From Eledone cirrhosa (Eukaryota): a stretch of DNA of 64,000 bases. The notes under the pieces are model-generated. The model saw only the letters and a program-made list of their open reading frames with translations, was not told the origin of the DNA and did not search any database. Within the stretch, counting starts at the first letter, position 1; each line of letters starts with the position of its first letter. The DNA lies in the NCBI GenBank assembly GCA_964016885.1, contig OZ024742.1, positions 146,506,001 through 146,570,000 on the forward strand, in the 5' to 3' direction. This document shows, one piece after another, positions 1 to 15,000 of this stretch. A program made the position numbers and the translations under genes.

Positions 1-3000
1 GTCATCATTCCCTTCTCATAGGCCTTAGAAGCCATCATATTTCCTCTCTCATAGGGCTTAGAAGTAGTCATCTTTCCCCTCTCATAGGGCTTAGAAGCCA
101 TCATGTTTCCCCTCTCATAGGGCTTAGAAGCCATCATCTTTCCCTTCTCATAGGGCTTAGAAGCAGTCATCTTTCCCTTCTCATAGGGCTTAGAAGCAGT
201 CATCTTTCCCTTCTCACAGGGCTTAGAAGCTGTCATCTTTCCCTTCTCATAGGGCTTAGAAGCAGTCATCTTTCCCTTCTCATAGGGCTTAGAAGCTGTC
301 ATCTTTCCCCTCTCATAGGGCTTAGAAGCAGTCATCATTCCCCTCTTATAGGGCTTAGAAGCAGTCATCATTCCCTTCTCATAGGGCTTAGAAGCAGTCA
401 TCTTTCCCTTCTCATAGGGCTTAGAAACTGTCATGTTTCCCTTCTCATAGGGCTTAGAAGCAGTCATCATTCCCTTCTCATAGGGCTTAGAAGCAGTCAT
501 CATTCCCTTCTCATAGGGCTTAGAAGCCATCATCTTTCCCTTCTCATAGGGCTTAGAAGCAGTCATCATTCCCTTCTCACAGGGCTTAGAAGACATCATC
601 TTTCCCTTCTCATAGGGCTTAGAAGCCATCATCTTTCCCTTCTCATAGGGCTTAGAAGCTGTCATCTTTCCCTTCTCATAGGGCTTAGAAGCAGTCATCT
701 TTCCCTTCTCATAGGGCTTAGAAGCAGTCATCATTCCCTTCTCATAGGGCTTAGAAGCTGTCATCATTCCCCTCTCATAGGGCTTAGAAGCTGTCATCAT
801 TCCCTTCTCATAGGGCTTAGAAGCAGTCATCTTTCCCTTCTCATAGAGCTTAGAAGCTGTCATCATTCCCTTCTCATAGGGCTTAGAAGCCATCATCTTT
901 CCCTTCTCATAAGGCTTAGAAGCAGCCATCTTTCCCTTCTCATAGAGCTTAGAAGCTGTCATCATTCCCTTCTCATAGGGCTTAGAAGCCATCATCTTTC
1001 CCTTCTCATAGGGCTTAGAAGCAGTCATCTTTCCCTTCTCATAGAGCTTAGAAGCTGTCATCATTCCCTTCTCATAGGGCTTAGAAGCCATCATCTTTCC
1101 CCTCTCATAGGGCTTAGAAGCCGTCATCTTTCCCTTCTCATAGAGCTTAGAAGCAGTCATCTTTCCCCTCTCATAGGGCTTAGAAACCATCATCTTTCCC
1201 CTCTCATAGGGCTTAGAAGCTGTCATCATTCCCTTCTCATAGGCCTTAGAAGCCATCATCTTTCCCTTCTCATAGGGCTTAGAAGCAGTCATCTTTCCCT
1301 TCTCATAGAGCTTAGAAGCTGTCATCATTCCCTTCTCATAGGGCTTAGAAGCCATCATCTTTCCCTTCTCATAGGGCTTAGAAGCAGTCATCTTTCCCTT
1401 CTCATAGGGCTTAGAAGCAGTCATCATTCCCTTCTCATAGGGCTTAGAAGCAGTCATCTTTCCCTTCTCATAGGGCTTAGAAGCTGTCATCTTTCCCTTC
1501 TCATAGGGCTTAGAAGCAGTCATCTTTCCCTTCTCATAAGGCTTCGAAGCAGTCATCTTTCCCTTCTCACAGGGCTTAGAAGCTGTCATCTTTCCCTTCT
1601 CATAGAGCTTAGAAGCTGTCATCTTTCCCCTCTCATAGGGCTTAGAAGCAGTCATCATTCCCCTCTCATAGGGCTTAGAAGCAGTCATCATTCACTTCTC
1701 ATAGGGCTTAGAAGCTGTCATCTTTCCCTTCTCATAGGGCTTAGAAGCAGTCATCTTTCCCTTCTCATAGGGCTTAGAAGCAGTCATCATTCCCTTCTCA
1801 TAGGGCTTAGAAACTGTCATCTTTCCCTTCTCATAGGGCTTAGAAGCAGTCATCATTCCCCTCTCATAGGGCTTAGAAGCAGTCATCATTCCCTTCTCAT
1901 AGGGCTTAGAAGCTGTCATCTTTCCCTTCTCATAGGGCTTAGAAGCAGTCATCTTTCCCTTCTCATAGGGCTTAGAAGCAGTCATCATTTCCTTCTCATA
2001 GGGCTTAGAAGCAGTCATCTTTCCCTTCTCATAGGGCTTAGAAGCTGTCATCTTTCACTTCTCATAGGGCTCAGACGCAGTCATCTTTCCCTTCTCATAG
2101 GGCTTAGAAGCAGTCATCTTTCCCTTCTCATAGGGCTTAGAAGCAGTCATCATTCCCTTCTCATAGGGCTTAGAAGCAGTCATCTTTCCCTTCTCATAGG
2201 GCTTAGAAGCTGTCATCATTCCCTTCTCATAGAGCTTAGAAGCAGTCATCTTTCCCTTCTCATAGAGCTTAGAAGCTGTCATCATTCCCTTCTCATAGGG
2301 CTTAGAAGCAGTCATCATTCCCCTCACAGGGCTTAGAAGCTGTCATCTTTCCCTTCTCATAGGGCTTAGAAGCAGTCATCATTCCCTTCTCATAGGGCTT
2401 AGAAGCCATCATCTTTCCCTTCTCATAGGGCTTAGAAGCAGTCATCTTTCCCTTCTCATAGGGCTTAGAAGCAGTCATCATTCCCTTCTCATAGGGCTTA
2501 GAAGCAGTCATCTTTCCCTTCTCATAGGGCTTAGAAACTGTCATCTTTCCCTTCTCATAGGGCTTAGAAGCAGTCATCATTCCCTTCTCATAGGGCTTAG
2601 AAGCAGTCATCATTCCCTTCTCATAGGGCTTAGAAGCCATCATCTTTCCCTTCTCATAGGGCTTAGAAGCAGTCATCTTTCCCTTCTCATAGAGCTTAGA
2701 AGCTGTCATCATTCCCTTCTCATAGGGCTTAGAAGCCATCATCTTTCCCCTCTCATAGGGCTTAGAAGCCGTCATCTTTCCCTTCTCATAGGGCTTAGAA
2801 GCAGTCATCTTTCCCCTCTCATAGGGCTTAGAAGCAGTCATCTTTCCCCTCTCATAGGGCTTAGAAACCATCATCTTTCCCCTCTCATAGGGCTTAGAAG
2901 CTGTCATCATTCCCTTCTCATAGGCCTTAGAAGCCATCATATTTCCTCTCTCATAGGGCTTAGAAGTAGTCATCTTTCCCCTCTCATAGGGCTTAGAAGC

Positions 3001-6000
3001 CATCATGTTTCCCCTCTCATAGGGCTTAGAAGCCATCATCTTTCCCTTCTCATAGGGCTTAGAAGCAGTCATCTTTCCCTTCTCATAGGGCTTAGAAGCA
3101 GTCATCTTTCCCTTCTCACAGGGCTTAGAAGCTGTCATCTTTCCCTTCTCATAGGGCTTAGAAGCAGTCATCTTTCCCTTCTCATAGGGCTTAGAAGCTG
3201 TCATCTTTCCCCTCTCATAGGGCTTAGAAGCAGTCATCATTCCCCTCTTATAGGGCTTAGCAGCAGTCATCATTCCCTTCTCATAGGGCTTAGAAGCTGT
3301 CATCTTTCCCTTCTCATAGGGCTTAGAAGCAGTCATCTTTCCCTCCTCATAGGGCTTAGAAGCAGTCATCATTCCCTTCTCCTAGGGCTTATAAGCTGTC
3401 ATCTTTCCCTTCTCATAGGGCTTAGACGCAGTCATCATTCCCCTCTCATAGGGCTTAGAAGCAGTCATCATTCCCTTCTCATAGGTCTTAGAAGCTGTCA
3501 TCTTTCCCTTCTCATAGGGCTTAGAAGCAGTCATCTTTCCCTTCTCATAGGGCTTAGAAGCAGTCATCATTCCATTCTCATAGGGCTTAGAAGCAGTCAT
3601 CTTTCCCTTCTCATAGGGCTTAGAAGCTGTCATCTTTCCCTTCTCATAGGGCTTAGAAGCAGTCATCATTCCCTTCTCATAGGGCTTAGAAGCAGTCATC
3701 ATTCCCTTCTCATAGGGCTTAGAAGCCATCATCTTTCCCTTCTCATAGGGCTTAGAAGCAGTCATCATTCCCTTCTCACAGGGCTTAGAAGACATCATCT
3801 TTCCCTTCTCATAGGGCTTAGAAGCCATCATCTTTCCCTTCTCATAGGGCTTAGAAGCTGTCTTCATTCCCTTCTCATAGGGCTTAGAAGCAGTCATCAT
3901 TCCCCTCTCACAGGTCTTAGAAGCTGTCATCTTTCCCTTCTCATATGGTTTAGAAGCAGTCATCTTTCCCTTCTCATAGGGCTTAGAAGCAGTCATATTT
4001 CCCTTCTCATAGGGCTTAGAAGCTGTCATCTTTCCCTTCTCATAAGGCTTAGAAGCAGTCATCTTTCCCTTCTCATAGGGCTTAGAAGCAGTCATCTTTC
4101 CCTTCTCACAGGGCTTAGAAGCTGTCATCTTTCCCTTCTCATAGAGCTTAGAAGCTATCATCTTTCCCCTCTCATAGGGCTTAGAAGCAGTCATCATTCC
4201 CCTCTCATAGGGCTTAGAAGCAGTCATCATTCCCTTCTCATAGGGCTTAGAAGCTGTCATCTTTCCCTTGTCATAGGGCTTAGAAGCAGTCATCTTTCCC
4301 TTCTCATAGGGCTTAGAAGCAGTCATCATTCCCTTCTCATAGGGCTTAGAAGCTGTCATCTTTCCCTTCTCATAGGGCTTAGAAGCAGTCATCATTCCCC
4401 TCTCATAGGGCTTAGAAGCTGTCATCTTTCCCTTCTCATAGGGCTTAGAATCAGTCATCATTCCCTTCTCATAGGGCTTAGAAGCAGTCATCATTCCCTT
4501 CTCATAGGGCTTAGAAGCCATCATCTTTCCCTTCTCATAGGGCTTAGAAGCAGTCATCATTCCCTTCTCACAGGGCTTAGAAGACATCATCTTTCCCTTC
4601 TCATAGGGCTTAGAAGCAGTCATCTTTCCCTTCTCATAGGGCTTAGAAGCAGTCATCATTCCCTTCTCATAGGGCTTAGAAGCAGTCATCTTTCCCTTCT
4701 CATAGGGCTTAGAAGCTGTCATCATTCCCCTCTCATAGGGCTTAGAAGCTGTCATCATTCCCTTCTCATAGGGCTTAGAAGCAGTCATCTTTCCCTTCTC
4801 ATAGAGCTTAGAAGCTGTCATCATTCCCTTCTCATAGGGCTTAGAAGCCATCATCTTTCCCTTCTCATAGGGCTTAGAAGCAGTCATCTTTCCCTTCTCA
4901 TAGGGCTTAGAAGCAGTCATCATTCCCTCCTCATAGGGCTTAGAAGCAGTCATCTTTCCCTTCTCATAGGGCTTAGAAGCTGTCATCTTTCCCTTCTCAT
5001 AGGGCTTAGAAGCAGTCATCTTTCCCTTCTCATAAGGCTTCGAAGCAGTCATGTTTCCCTTCTCACAGGACTTAGAAGCTGTCATCTTTCCCTTCTCATA
5101 GAGCTTAGAAGCTGTCATCTTTCCCCTCTCATAGGGCTTAGAAGCTGTCATCTTTCCCTTCTCATAGGGCTTAGAAGCAGTCATCTTTCCCTTCTCATAG
5201 GGCTTAGAAGCAGTCATCATTCCCTTCTCATAGGGCTTAGAAGCAGTCATCTTTCCCTTCTCATAGGGCTTAGAAGCAGTCATCTTTCCCTTCTCATAGG
5301 GCTTAGAAGCAGTCATCATTCCCTTCTCATAGGGCTTAGAAACTGTCATCTTTCCCTTCTCATAGGGCTTAGAAGCAGTCATCATTCCCCTCTCATAGGG
5401 CTTAGAAGCAGTCATCATTCCCTTCTCATAGGGCTTAGAAGCCATCATCTTTCCCTTCTCATAGGGCTTAGAAGCAGTCATCTTTCCCTTCTCATAGGGC
5501 TTAGAAGCAGTCATCATTCCCTTCTCATAGGGCTTAGAAGCAGTCATCTTTCCCTTCTCATAGGGCTTAGAAACTGTCTTCTTTCCCTTCTCATAGGGCT
5601 TAGAAGCAGTCATCATTCCCTTCTCATAGGGCTTAGAAGCAGTCATCATTCCCTTCTCATAGGGCTTAGAAGCCATCATCTTTCCCTTCTCATAGGGCTT
5701 AGAAGCAGTCATCATTCCCTTCTCACAGGGCTTAGAAGACATCATCTTTCCCTTCTCATAGGGCTTAGAAGCCATCATCTTTCCCTTCTCATAGGGCTTA
5801 GAAGCTGTCATCTTTCCCTTCTCATAGGGCTTAGAAGCAGTCATCTTTCCCTTCTCATAGGGCTTAGAAGCAGTCATCATTCCCTTCTCATAGGGCTTAG
5901 AAGCTGTCATCATTCCCCTCTCATAGGGCTTAGAAGCTGTCATCATTCCCTTCTCATAGGGCTTAGAAGCAGTCATCTTTCCCTTCTCATAGAGCTTAGA

Positions 6001-9000
6001 AGCTGTCATCATTCCCTTCTCATAGGGCTTAGAAGCCATCATCTTTCCCTTCTCATAAGGCTTAGAAGCAGTCATCTTTCCCTTCTCATAGAGCTTAGAA
6101 GCTGTCATCATTCCCTTCTCATAGGGCTTAGAAGCCATCATCTTTCCCTTCTCATAGGGCTTAGAAGCAGTCATCTTTCCCTTCTCATAGAGCTTAGAAG
6201 CTGTCATCATTCCCTTCTCATAGGGCTTAGAAGCCATCATCTTTCCCCTCTCATAGGGCTTAGAAGCCGTCATCTTTCCCTTCTCATAGGGCTTAGAAGC
6301 AGTCATCTTTCCCCTCTCATAGGGCTTAGAAGCAGTCATCTTTCCCCTCTCATAGGGCTTAGAAACCCTCATCTTTCCCCTCTCATAGGGCTTAGAAGCT
6401 GTCATCATTCCCTTCTCATAGGCCTTAGAAGCCATCATATTTCCTCTCTCATAGGGCTTAGAAGTAGTCATCTTTCCCCTCTCATTGGGCTTAGAAGCCA
6501 TCATGTTTCCCCTCTCATAGGGCTTAGAAGCCATCATCTTTCCCTTCTCATAGGGCTTAGAAGCAGTCATCTTTCCCTTCTCATAGGGCTTAGAAGCAGT
6601 CATCTTTCCCTTCTCACAGGGCTTAGAAGCTGTCATCTTTCCCTTCTCATAGGGCTTAGAAGCAGTCATCTTTCCCTTCTCATAGGGCTTAGAAGCTGTC
6701 ATCTTTCCCCTCTCATAGGGCTTAGAAGCAGTCATCATTCCCCTCTTATAGGGCTTAGAAGCAGTCATCATTCCCTTCTCATAGGGCTTAGAAGCTGTCA
6801 TCTTTCCCTTCTCATAGGGCTTAGAAGCAGTCATCTTTCCCTCCTCATAGGGCTTAGAAGCAGTCATCATTCCCTTCTCCTAGGGCTTAGAAGCTGTCAT
6901 CTTTCCCTTCTCATAGGGCTTAGACGCAGTCATCATTCCCCTCTCATAGGGCTTAGAAGCAGTCATCATTCCCTTCTCATAGGGCTTAGAAGCTGTCATC
7001 TTTCCCTTCTCATAGGGCTTAGAAGCAGTCATCTTTCCCTTCTCATAGGGCTTAGAAGCAGTCATCATTCCATTCTCATAGGGCTTAGAAGCAGTCATCT
7101 TTCCCTTCTCATAGGGCTTAGAAGCTGTCATCTTTCCCTTCTCATAGGCCTTAGAAGCAGTCATCATTCCCTTCTCATAGGGCTTAGAAGCAGTCATCAT
7201 TCCCTTCTCATAGGGCTTAGAAGCCATCATCTTTCCCTTCTCATAGGGCTTAGAAGCAGTCATCATTCCCTTCTCACAGGGCTTAGAAGACATCATCTTT
7301 CCCTTCTCATAGGGCTTAGAAGCCATCATCTTTCCCTTCTCATAGGGCTTAGAAGCTGTCTTCATTCCCTTCTCATAGGGCTTAGAAGCAGTCATCATTC
7401 CCCTCTCACAGGTCTTAGAAGCTGTCATCTTTCCCTTCTCATATGGTTTAGAAGCAGTCATCTTTCCCTTCTCATAGGGCTTAGAAGCAGTCATCTTTCC
7501 CTTCTCATAGGGCTTAGAAGCTGTCATCTTTCCCTTCTCATAAGGCTTAGAAGCAGTCATCTTTCCCTTCTCATAGGGCTTAGAAGCAGTCATCTTTCCC
7601 TTCTCACAGGGCTTAGAAGCTGTCATCTTTCCCTTCTCATAGGGCTTAGAAGCTGTCATCTTTCCCTTCTCATAGGGCTTAGAAGCAGTCATCTTTCCCT
7701 TCTCATAGGGCTTAGAAGCAGTCATCATTCCCTTCTCATAGGGCTTAGAAGCTGTCATCTTTCCCTTCTCATAGGGCTTAGAAGCAGTCATCATTCCCCT
7801 CTCATAGGGCTTAGAAGCTGTCATCTTTCCCTTCTCATAGGGCTTAGAATCAGTCATCATTCCCTTCTCATAGGGCTTAGAAGCAGTCATCATTCCCTTC
7901 TCATAGGGCTTAGAAGCCATCATCTTTCCCTTCTCATAGGGCTTAGAAGCAGTCATCATTCCCTTCTTACAGGGCTTAGAAGACATCATCTTTCCCTTCT
8001 CATAGGGCTTAGAAGCAGTCATCTTTCCCTTCTCATAGGGCTTAGAAGCAGTCATCATTCCCTTCTCATAGGGCTTAGAAGCAGTCATCTTTCCCTTCTC
8101 ATAGGGCTTAGAAGCTGTCATCTTTCCCTTCTCATAGGGCTTAGAATCAGTCATCATTCCCTTCTCATAGGGCTTAGAAGCAGTCATCATTCCCTTCTCA
8201 TAGGGCTTAGAAGCCATCATCTTTCCCTTCTCATAGGGCTTAGAAGCAGTCATCATTCCCTTCTCACAGGGCTTAGAAGACATCATCTTTCCCTTCTCAT
8301 AGGGCTTAGAAGCAGTCATCTTTCCCTTCTCATAGGGCTTAGAAGCAGTCATCATTCCCTTCTCATAGGGCTTAGAAGCAGTCATCTTTCCATTCTCATA
8401 GGGCTTAGAAGCTGTCATCATTCCCCTCTCATAGGGCTTAGAAGCTGTCATCATTCCCTTCTCATAGGGCTTAGAAGCCATCATCTTTCCCTTCTCATAG
8501 GGCTTAGAAGCAGTCATCTTTCCCTTCTCATAGGGCTTAGAAGCAGTCATCATTCCCTCCTCATAGGGCTTAGAAGCAGTCATCTTTCCCTTCTCATAGG
8601 GCTTAGAAGCTGTCATCTTTCCCTTCTCATAGGGCTTAGAAGCAGTCATCTTTCCTTTCTCATAAGGCTTCGAAGCAGTCATCTTTCCCTTCTCACAGGG
8701 CTTAGAAGCTGTCATCTTTCCCTTCTCATAGAGCTTAGAAGCTGTCATCTTTCCCCTCTCATAGGGCTTAGAAGCAGTCATCATTCCCCTCTCATAGGGC
8801 TTAGAAGCAGTCATCATTCCCTTCTCATAGGGCTTAGAAGCTGTCATCTTTCCCTTCTCATAGGGCTTAGAAGCAGTCATCATTCCCTTCTCATAGGGCT
8901 TAGAAGCTGTCATCTTTCCCTTCTCATAGGGCTTAGAAGCAGTCATCTTTCCCTTCTCATAGGGCTTAGAAGCAGTCATCATTTCCTTCTCATAGGGCTT

Positions 9001-12000
9001 AGAAGCAGTCGTCTTTCCCTTCTCATAGGGCTTAGAAGCTGTCATCTTTCACTTCTCATAGGGCTCAGAAGCAGTCATCTTTCCCTTCTCATAGGGCTTA
9101 GAAGCAGTCATCTTTCCCTTCTCATAGGGCTTAGAAGCAGTCATCATTCCCTTCTCATAGGGCTTAGAAGCAGTCATCTTTCCCTTCTCATAGGGCTTAG
9201 AAGCTGTCATCATTCCCTTCTCATAGGGCTTAGAAGCAGTCATCTTTCCCTTCTCATAGAGCTTAGAAGCTGTCATCATTCCCTTCTCATAGGGCTTAGA
9301 AGCAGTCATCATTCCCCTCACAGGGCTTAGAAGCTGTCATCTTTCCCTTCTCATAGGGCTTAGAAGCAGTCATCATTCCCTTCTCATAGGGCTTAGAAGC
9401 CATCATCTTTCCCTTCTCATAGGGCTTAGAAGCAGTCATCTTTCCCTTCTCATAGGGCTTAGAAGCAGTCATCATTCCCTTCTCATAGGGCTTAGAAGCA
9501 GTCATCTTTCCCTTCTCATAGGGCTTAGAAGCTGTCATCTTTCCCTTCTCATAGGGCTTAGAAGCAGTCATCATTCCCTTCTCGTAGGGCTTAGAAGCAG
9601 TCATCATTCCCTTCTCATAGGGCTTAGAAGCCATCATCTTTCCCTTCTCATAGGGCTTAGAAGCAGTCATCATTCCCTTCTCACAGGGCTTAGAAGACAT
9701 CATCTTTCCCTTCTCATAGGGCTTAGAAGCCATCATCTTTCCCTTCTCATAGGGCTTAGAAGCTGTCATCTTTCCCTTCTCATAGGGCTTAGAAGCCGTC
9801 ATCTTTCCCTTCTCATAGGGCTTAGAAGCAGTCATCATTCCCTTCTCATAGGGCTTAGAAGCTGTCATCATTCCCCTCTCATAGTGCTTAGAAGCTGTCA
9901 TCATTCCCTTCTCATAGGGCTTAGAAGCAGTCATCTTTCCCTTCTCATAGAGCTTAGAAGCTGTCATCATTCCCTTCTCATAGGGCTTAGAAGCCATCAT
10001 CTTTCCCTTCTCATAAGGCTTAGAAGCAGTCATCTTTCCCTTCTCATAGAGCTTAGAAGCTGTCATCATTCCCTTCTCATAGGGCTTAGAAGCCATCATC
10101 TTTCCCCTCTCATAGGGCTTAGAAGCCGTCATCTTTCCCTTCTCATAGGGCTTAGAAGCAGTCATCTTTCCCCTCTCATAGGGCTTAGAAGCAGTCATCT
10201 TTCCCCTCTCATAGGGCTTTGAAACCATCATCTTTCCCCTCTCATAGGGCTTAGAAGCTGTCATCATTCCCTTCTCATAGGCCTTAGAAGCCATCATATT
10301 TCCTCTCTCATAGGGCTTAGAAGTAGTCATCTTTCCCCTCTCATAGGGCTTAGAAGCCATCATGTTTCCCCTCTCATAGGGCTTAGAAGCCATCATCTTT
10401 CCCTTCTCATAGGGCTTAGAAGCATTCATCATTCCCTTCTCATAGGCCTTAGAAGCAGTCATCATTCCCTTCTCATAGGCTTTAGAAGCCATCATGTTTC
10501 CCCTCTCATAGAGCTTAGAAGCCATCATCTTTCCCTTCTCACAGGGCTTAGAAGCAGTCATCATTCCCTTCTCACAGGGCTTAGAAGCCATCATATTTCC
10601 CTTCTCATAGGGCTTAGAAGCAGTCATCATTCCCTTCTCATAGGTCTTAGAAGCAGTCATCATTCCCTTCTCATAGGGCTTAGAAGCCATCATCTTTCCC
10701 TTCTCATAGGGCTTAGAAGCAGTCATCATTCCCTTCTCACAGGGCTTAGAAGCCATCATCTTTCCCTTCTCATAGGGCTTAGAAGCCATCATCTTTCCCT
10801 TCTTATAGGGCTTAGAAGCTGTCATCATTCCCTTCTCATAGGGCTCAGAAGCTGTCATCTTTCCCCTCTCATAGGGCTTAGAAGCCATGATCTTTCCCCT
10901 CTCATAGGGCTTAGAAGCTGTCATCATTCCGTTCTCATAGGGCTTAGAAGCAGTCATCATTCCCTTCTCACAGGGCTTAGAAGCTGTCATCTTTCCCTTC
11001 TCATAGGGCTTAGAAGCAGTCATCTTTCCCTTCTCATAGGGCTTAGAAGCAGTCATCTTTCCCTTCTCATAGGGCTTAGAAGCTGTCATCTTTCCCTTCT
11101 CATAGGGCTTAGAAGCAGTCATCTTTCCCTTCTCATAGGGCTTAGAAGTAGTCATCTTTCCCTTCTCACAGGGCTTAGAATCTGTCATCTTTCCCTTCTC
11201 ATAGGGCTTAGAAGCAGTCATCTTTCCCTTCTCATTGGCCTTAGAAGCTGTCATCTTTCCCCTCTCATAGGGCTTAGAAGCAGTCATCATTCCCCTCTCA
11301 TAGGGCTTAGAAGCAGTCATCATTCCCTTCTCATAGGGCTTAGAAGCTGTCATCTTTCCCTTCTCATAGGGCTTAGAAGCAGTCATCTTTCCCTTCTCAT
11401 AGGGCTTAGAAGCAGTCATCATTCCCTTCTCATAGGGCTTAGAAGCTGTCATCTTTCCCCTCTCATATGGCTTAGAAGCCATCATCTTTCCCCTCTCATA
11501 GGGCTTAGAAGCTGTCATCATTCCGTTCTCATAGGGCTTAGAAGCAGTCATCATTCCCTTCTCACAGGGCTTTGAAGCTGTCATCTTTCCCTTCTCATAG
11601 GGCTTAGAAGCAGTCATCATTCCCCTCTCATAGGGCTTAGAAGCAGTTATCATTCCCTTCTCATAGGGCTTAGAAGCTGTCATCTTTCCCTTCTCATAGG
11701 GCTTAAAAGCAGTCATCTTTCCCTTCTCATAGGGCTTAGAAGCAGTCATCTTTCCCTTCGCATAGGGCTTAGAAGCAGTCATCATTCCCTTCTCATAGGG
11801 CTTAGAAGCAGTCATCTTTCCCTTCTCATAGGGCTTAGAAGCTGTCATCTTTCCCTTCTCATAGGGCTTAGAAGCAGTCATCTTTCCCTTCTCATAGTGC
11901 TTAGAAGCAGTCATCTTTCCCTTCTCATAGGGCTTAGAAGCAGTCATCTTTCCCTTCTCATAGGGCTTAGAAGCAGTCATCTTTCCCCTCTCATAGGGCT

Positions 12001-15000
12001 TAGAAGCAGTCATCTTTCCCTTCACATAGGGCTTAGAAGCTGTCATCTTTCCCTTCTCATAGGGCTTAGAAGCAGTCATCTTTCCCTTCTCATAGGGCTT
12101 AGAAGCAGTCATCTTTCCCTTCTCATAGGGCTTAGAAGCTGTCATCTTTCCCTTCTCATAGGGCTTAGAAGCCATCATATTTTCCTTCTCATAGGGCTTA
12201 GAAGCCATCATCTTTCCCTTCTCATAGGGCTTAGAAGCTGTCCTCATCCCCTTCTCATAGGGCTTAGAAGCTGTCATCTTTCCCCTCTCATAGGGCTTAG
12301 AAGCCATCATCTTTCCCCTCTCATAGGGCTTAGAAGCTGTCATCATTCCGTTCTCATAGGGCTTAGAAGCAGTCATCATTCCCTTCTCACAGGGCTTAGA
12401 AGCTGTCATCTTTCCCTTCTCATAGGGATCAGAAGCAGTCATCTTTCCCTTCTCATAGGGCTTAGAAGCAGTCATCTTTCCCTTCTCATAGGGCTTAGAA
12501 GCAGTCATCTTTCCCTTCTCACAGGGCTTAGAATCTGTCATCTTTCCCTTCTCATAGGGCTTAGAAGCAGTCATCATTCCCTTCTCATAGGACTTAGAAG
12601 CTGTCATCTTTCCCTTCTCATAGGGCTTAGAAGCAGTCATCTTTCCCTTCTCATAGGGCTTAGAAGCTGTCATCTTTCCCCTCTCATAGGGCGTAGAAGC
12701 AGTCATCATTCCCCTCTCATAGGGCTTAGAAGCAGTCATCATTCCCTTCTCATAGGGCTTAGAAGCTGTCATCTTTCCCTTCTCATAGGGCTTAGAAGCA
12801 GTCATCTTTCCCTTCTCATAGGGCTTAGAAGCAGTCATCATTCCATTCTCATAGGGCTTTGAAGCTGTCATCTTTCCCTTCTCATAGGGCTTAGAAGCAG
12901 TCATCATTCCCCTCTAATAGGGCTTAGAAGCAGTCATCATTCCCTTCTCATAGGGCTTAGAAGCTGTCATCTTTCCCTTCTCATAGGGCTTAGAAGCAGT
13001 CATCTTGCCCTTCTCATAGGGCTTAGAAGCCATCATCTTTCCCTTCTCATAGGGCTTAGAGGCAGTCATCATTCCCTTCTCATAGGGCTTAGAAGCAGTC
13101 ATCTTTCCCTTCTCATAGGGCTTAGAAGCTGTCATCTTTCCCTTCTCATAGGGCTTAGAAGCAGTCATCATTCCCTTCTCATAGGGCTTAGAAGCAGTCA
13201 TCTTTCCCTTCTCATAGGGCTTAGAAGCAGTCATCTTTCCCCTCTCATAGGGCTTAGAAGCAGTCATCTTTCCCTTCACATAGGGCTTAGAAGCTGTCAT
13301 CTTTCCCTTCTCATAGGGCTTAGAAGCTGTCCTCATCCCCTTCTCATAGGGCTTAGAAGCTGTCATCTTTCCCCTCTCATAGGGCTTAGAAGCCATCATC
13401 TTTCCCCTCTCATAGGGCTTAGAAGCTGTCATCATTCCGTTCTCATAGGGCTTAGAAGCAGTCATCATTCCCTTCTCACAGGGCTTAGAAGCTGTCATCT
13501 TTCCCTTCTCATAGGGATCAGAAGCAGTCATCTTTCCCTTCTCATAGGGCTTAGAAGCAGTCATCTTTCCCTTCTCATAGGGCTTAGAAGCAGTCATCTT
13601 TCCCTTCTCACAGGGCTTAGAATCTGTCATCTTTCCCTTCTCATAGGGCTTAGAAGCAGTCATCATTCCCTTCTCATAGGGCTTAGAAGCTGTCCTCTTT
13701 CCCTTCTCATAGGGCTTAGAAGCAGTCATCTTTCCCTTCTCATAGGGCTTAGAAGCTGTCATCTTTCCCCTCTCATAGGGCGTAGAAGCAGTCATCATTC
13801 CCCTCTCATAGGGCTTAGAAGCAGTCATCATTCCCTTCTCATAGGGCTTAGAAGCTGTCATCTTTCCCTTCTCATAGGGCTTAGAAGCAGTCATCTTTCC
13901 CTTCTCATAGGGCTTAGAAGCAGTCATCATTCCATTCTCATAGGGCTTTGAAGCTGTCATCTTTCCCTTCTCATAGGGCTTAGAAGCAGTCATCATTCCC
14001 CTCTAATAGGGCTTAGAAGCAGTCATCATTCCCTTCTCATAGGGCTTAGAAGCTGTCATCTTTCCCTTCTCATAGGGCTTAGAAGCAGTCATCTTGCCCT
14101 TCTCATAGGGCTTAGAAGCCATCATCTTTCCCTTCTCATAGGGCTTAGAAGCAGTCATCATTCCCTTCTCATAGGGCTTAGAAGCAGTCATCTTTCCCTT
14201 CTCATAGGGCTTAGAAGCTGTCATCTTTCCCTTCTCATAGGGCTTAGAAGCAGTCATCATTCCCTTCTCATAGGGCTTAGAAGCAGTCATCTTTCCCTTC
14301 TCATAGGCCTTAGAAGCTGTCATCTTTCCCCTCTCATAGGGCTTAGAAGCAGTCATCATTCCCCTCTCATAGGGCTTAGAAGCAGTCATCATTCCCTTCT
14401 CATAGGGCTTAGAAGCTGTCATCTTTCCCTTCTCATAGGGCTTAGAAGCAGTCATCTTTCCCTTCTCATAGGGCTTAGAAGCAGTCATCATTCCCTTCTC
14501 ATAGGGCTTAGAAGCTGTCATCTTTCCCCTCTCATATGGCTTAGAAGCCATCATCTTTCCCCTCTCATAGGGCTTAGAAGCTGTCATCATTCCGTTCTCA
14601 TAGGGCTTAGAAGCAGTCATCATTCCCTTCTCACAGGGCTTTGAAGCTGTCATCTTTCCCTTCTCATAGGGCTTAGAAGCAGTCATCATTCCCCTCTCAT
14701 AGGGCTTAGAAGCAGTTATCATTCCCTTCTCATAGGGCTTAGAAGCTGTCATCTTTCCCTTCTCATAGGGCTTAGAAGCAGTCATCTTTCCCTTCTCATA
14801 GGGCTTAGAAGCAGTCATCATTCCCTTCTCATAGGGCTTAGAAGCAGTCATCTTTCCCTTCTCATAGGGCTTAGAAGCTGTCATCTTTCCCTTCTCATAG
14901 GGCTTAGAAGCAGTCATCTTTCCCTTCTCATAGTGCTTAGAAGCAGTCATCTTTCCCTTCTCATAGGGCTTAGAAGCAGTCATCTTTCCCTTCTCATAGG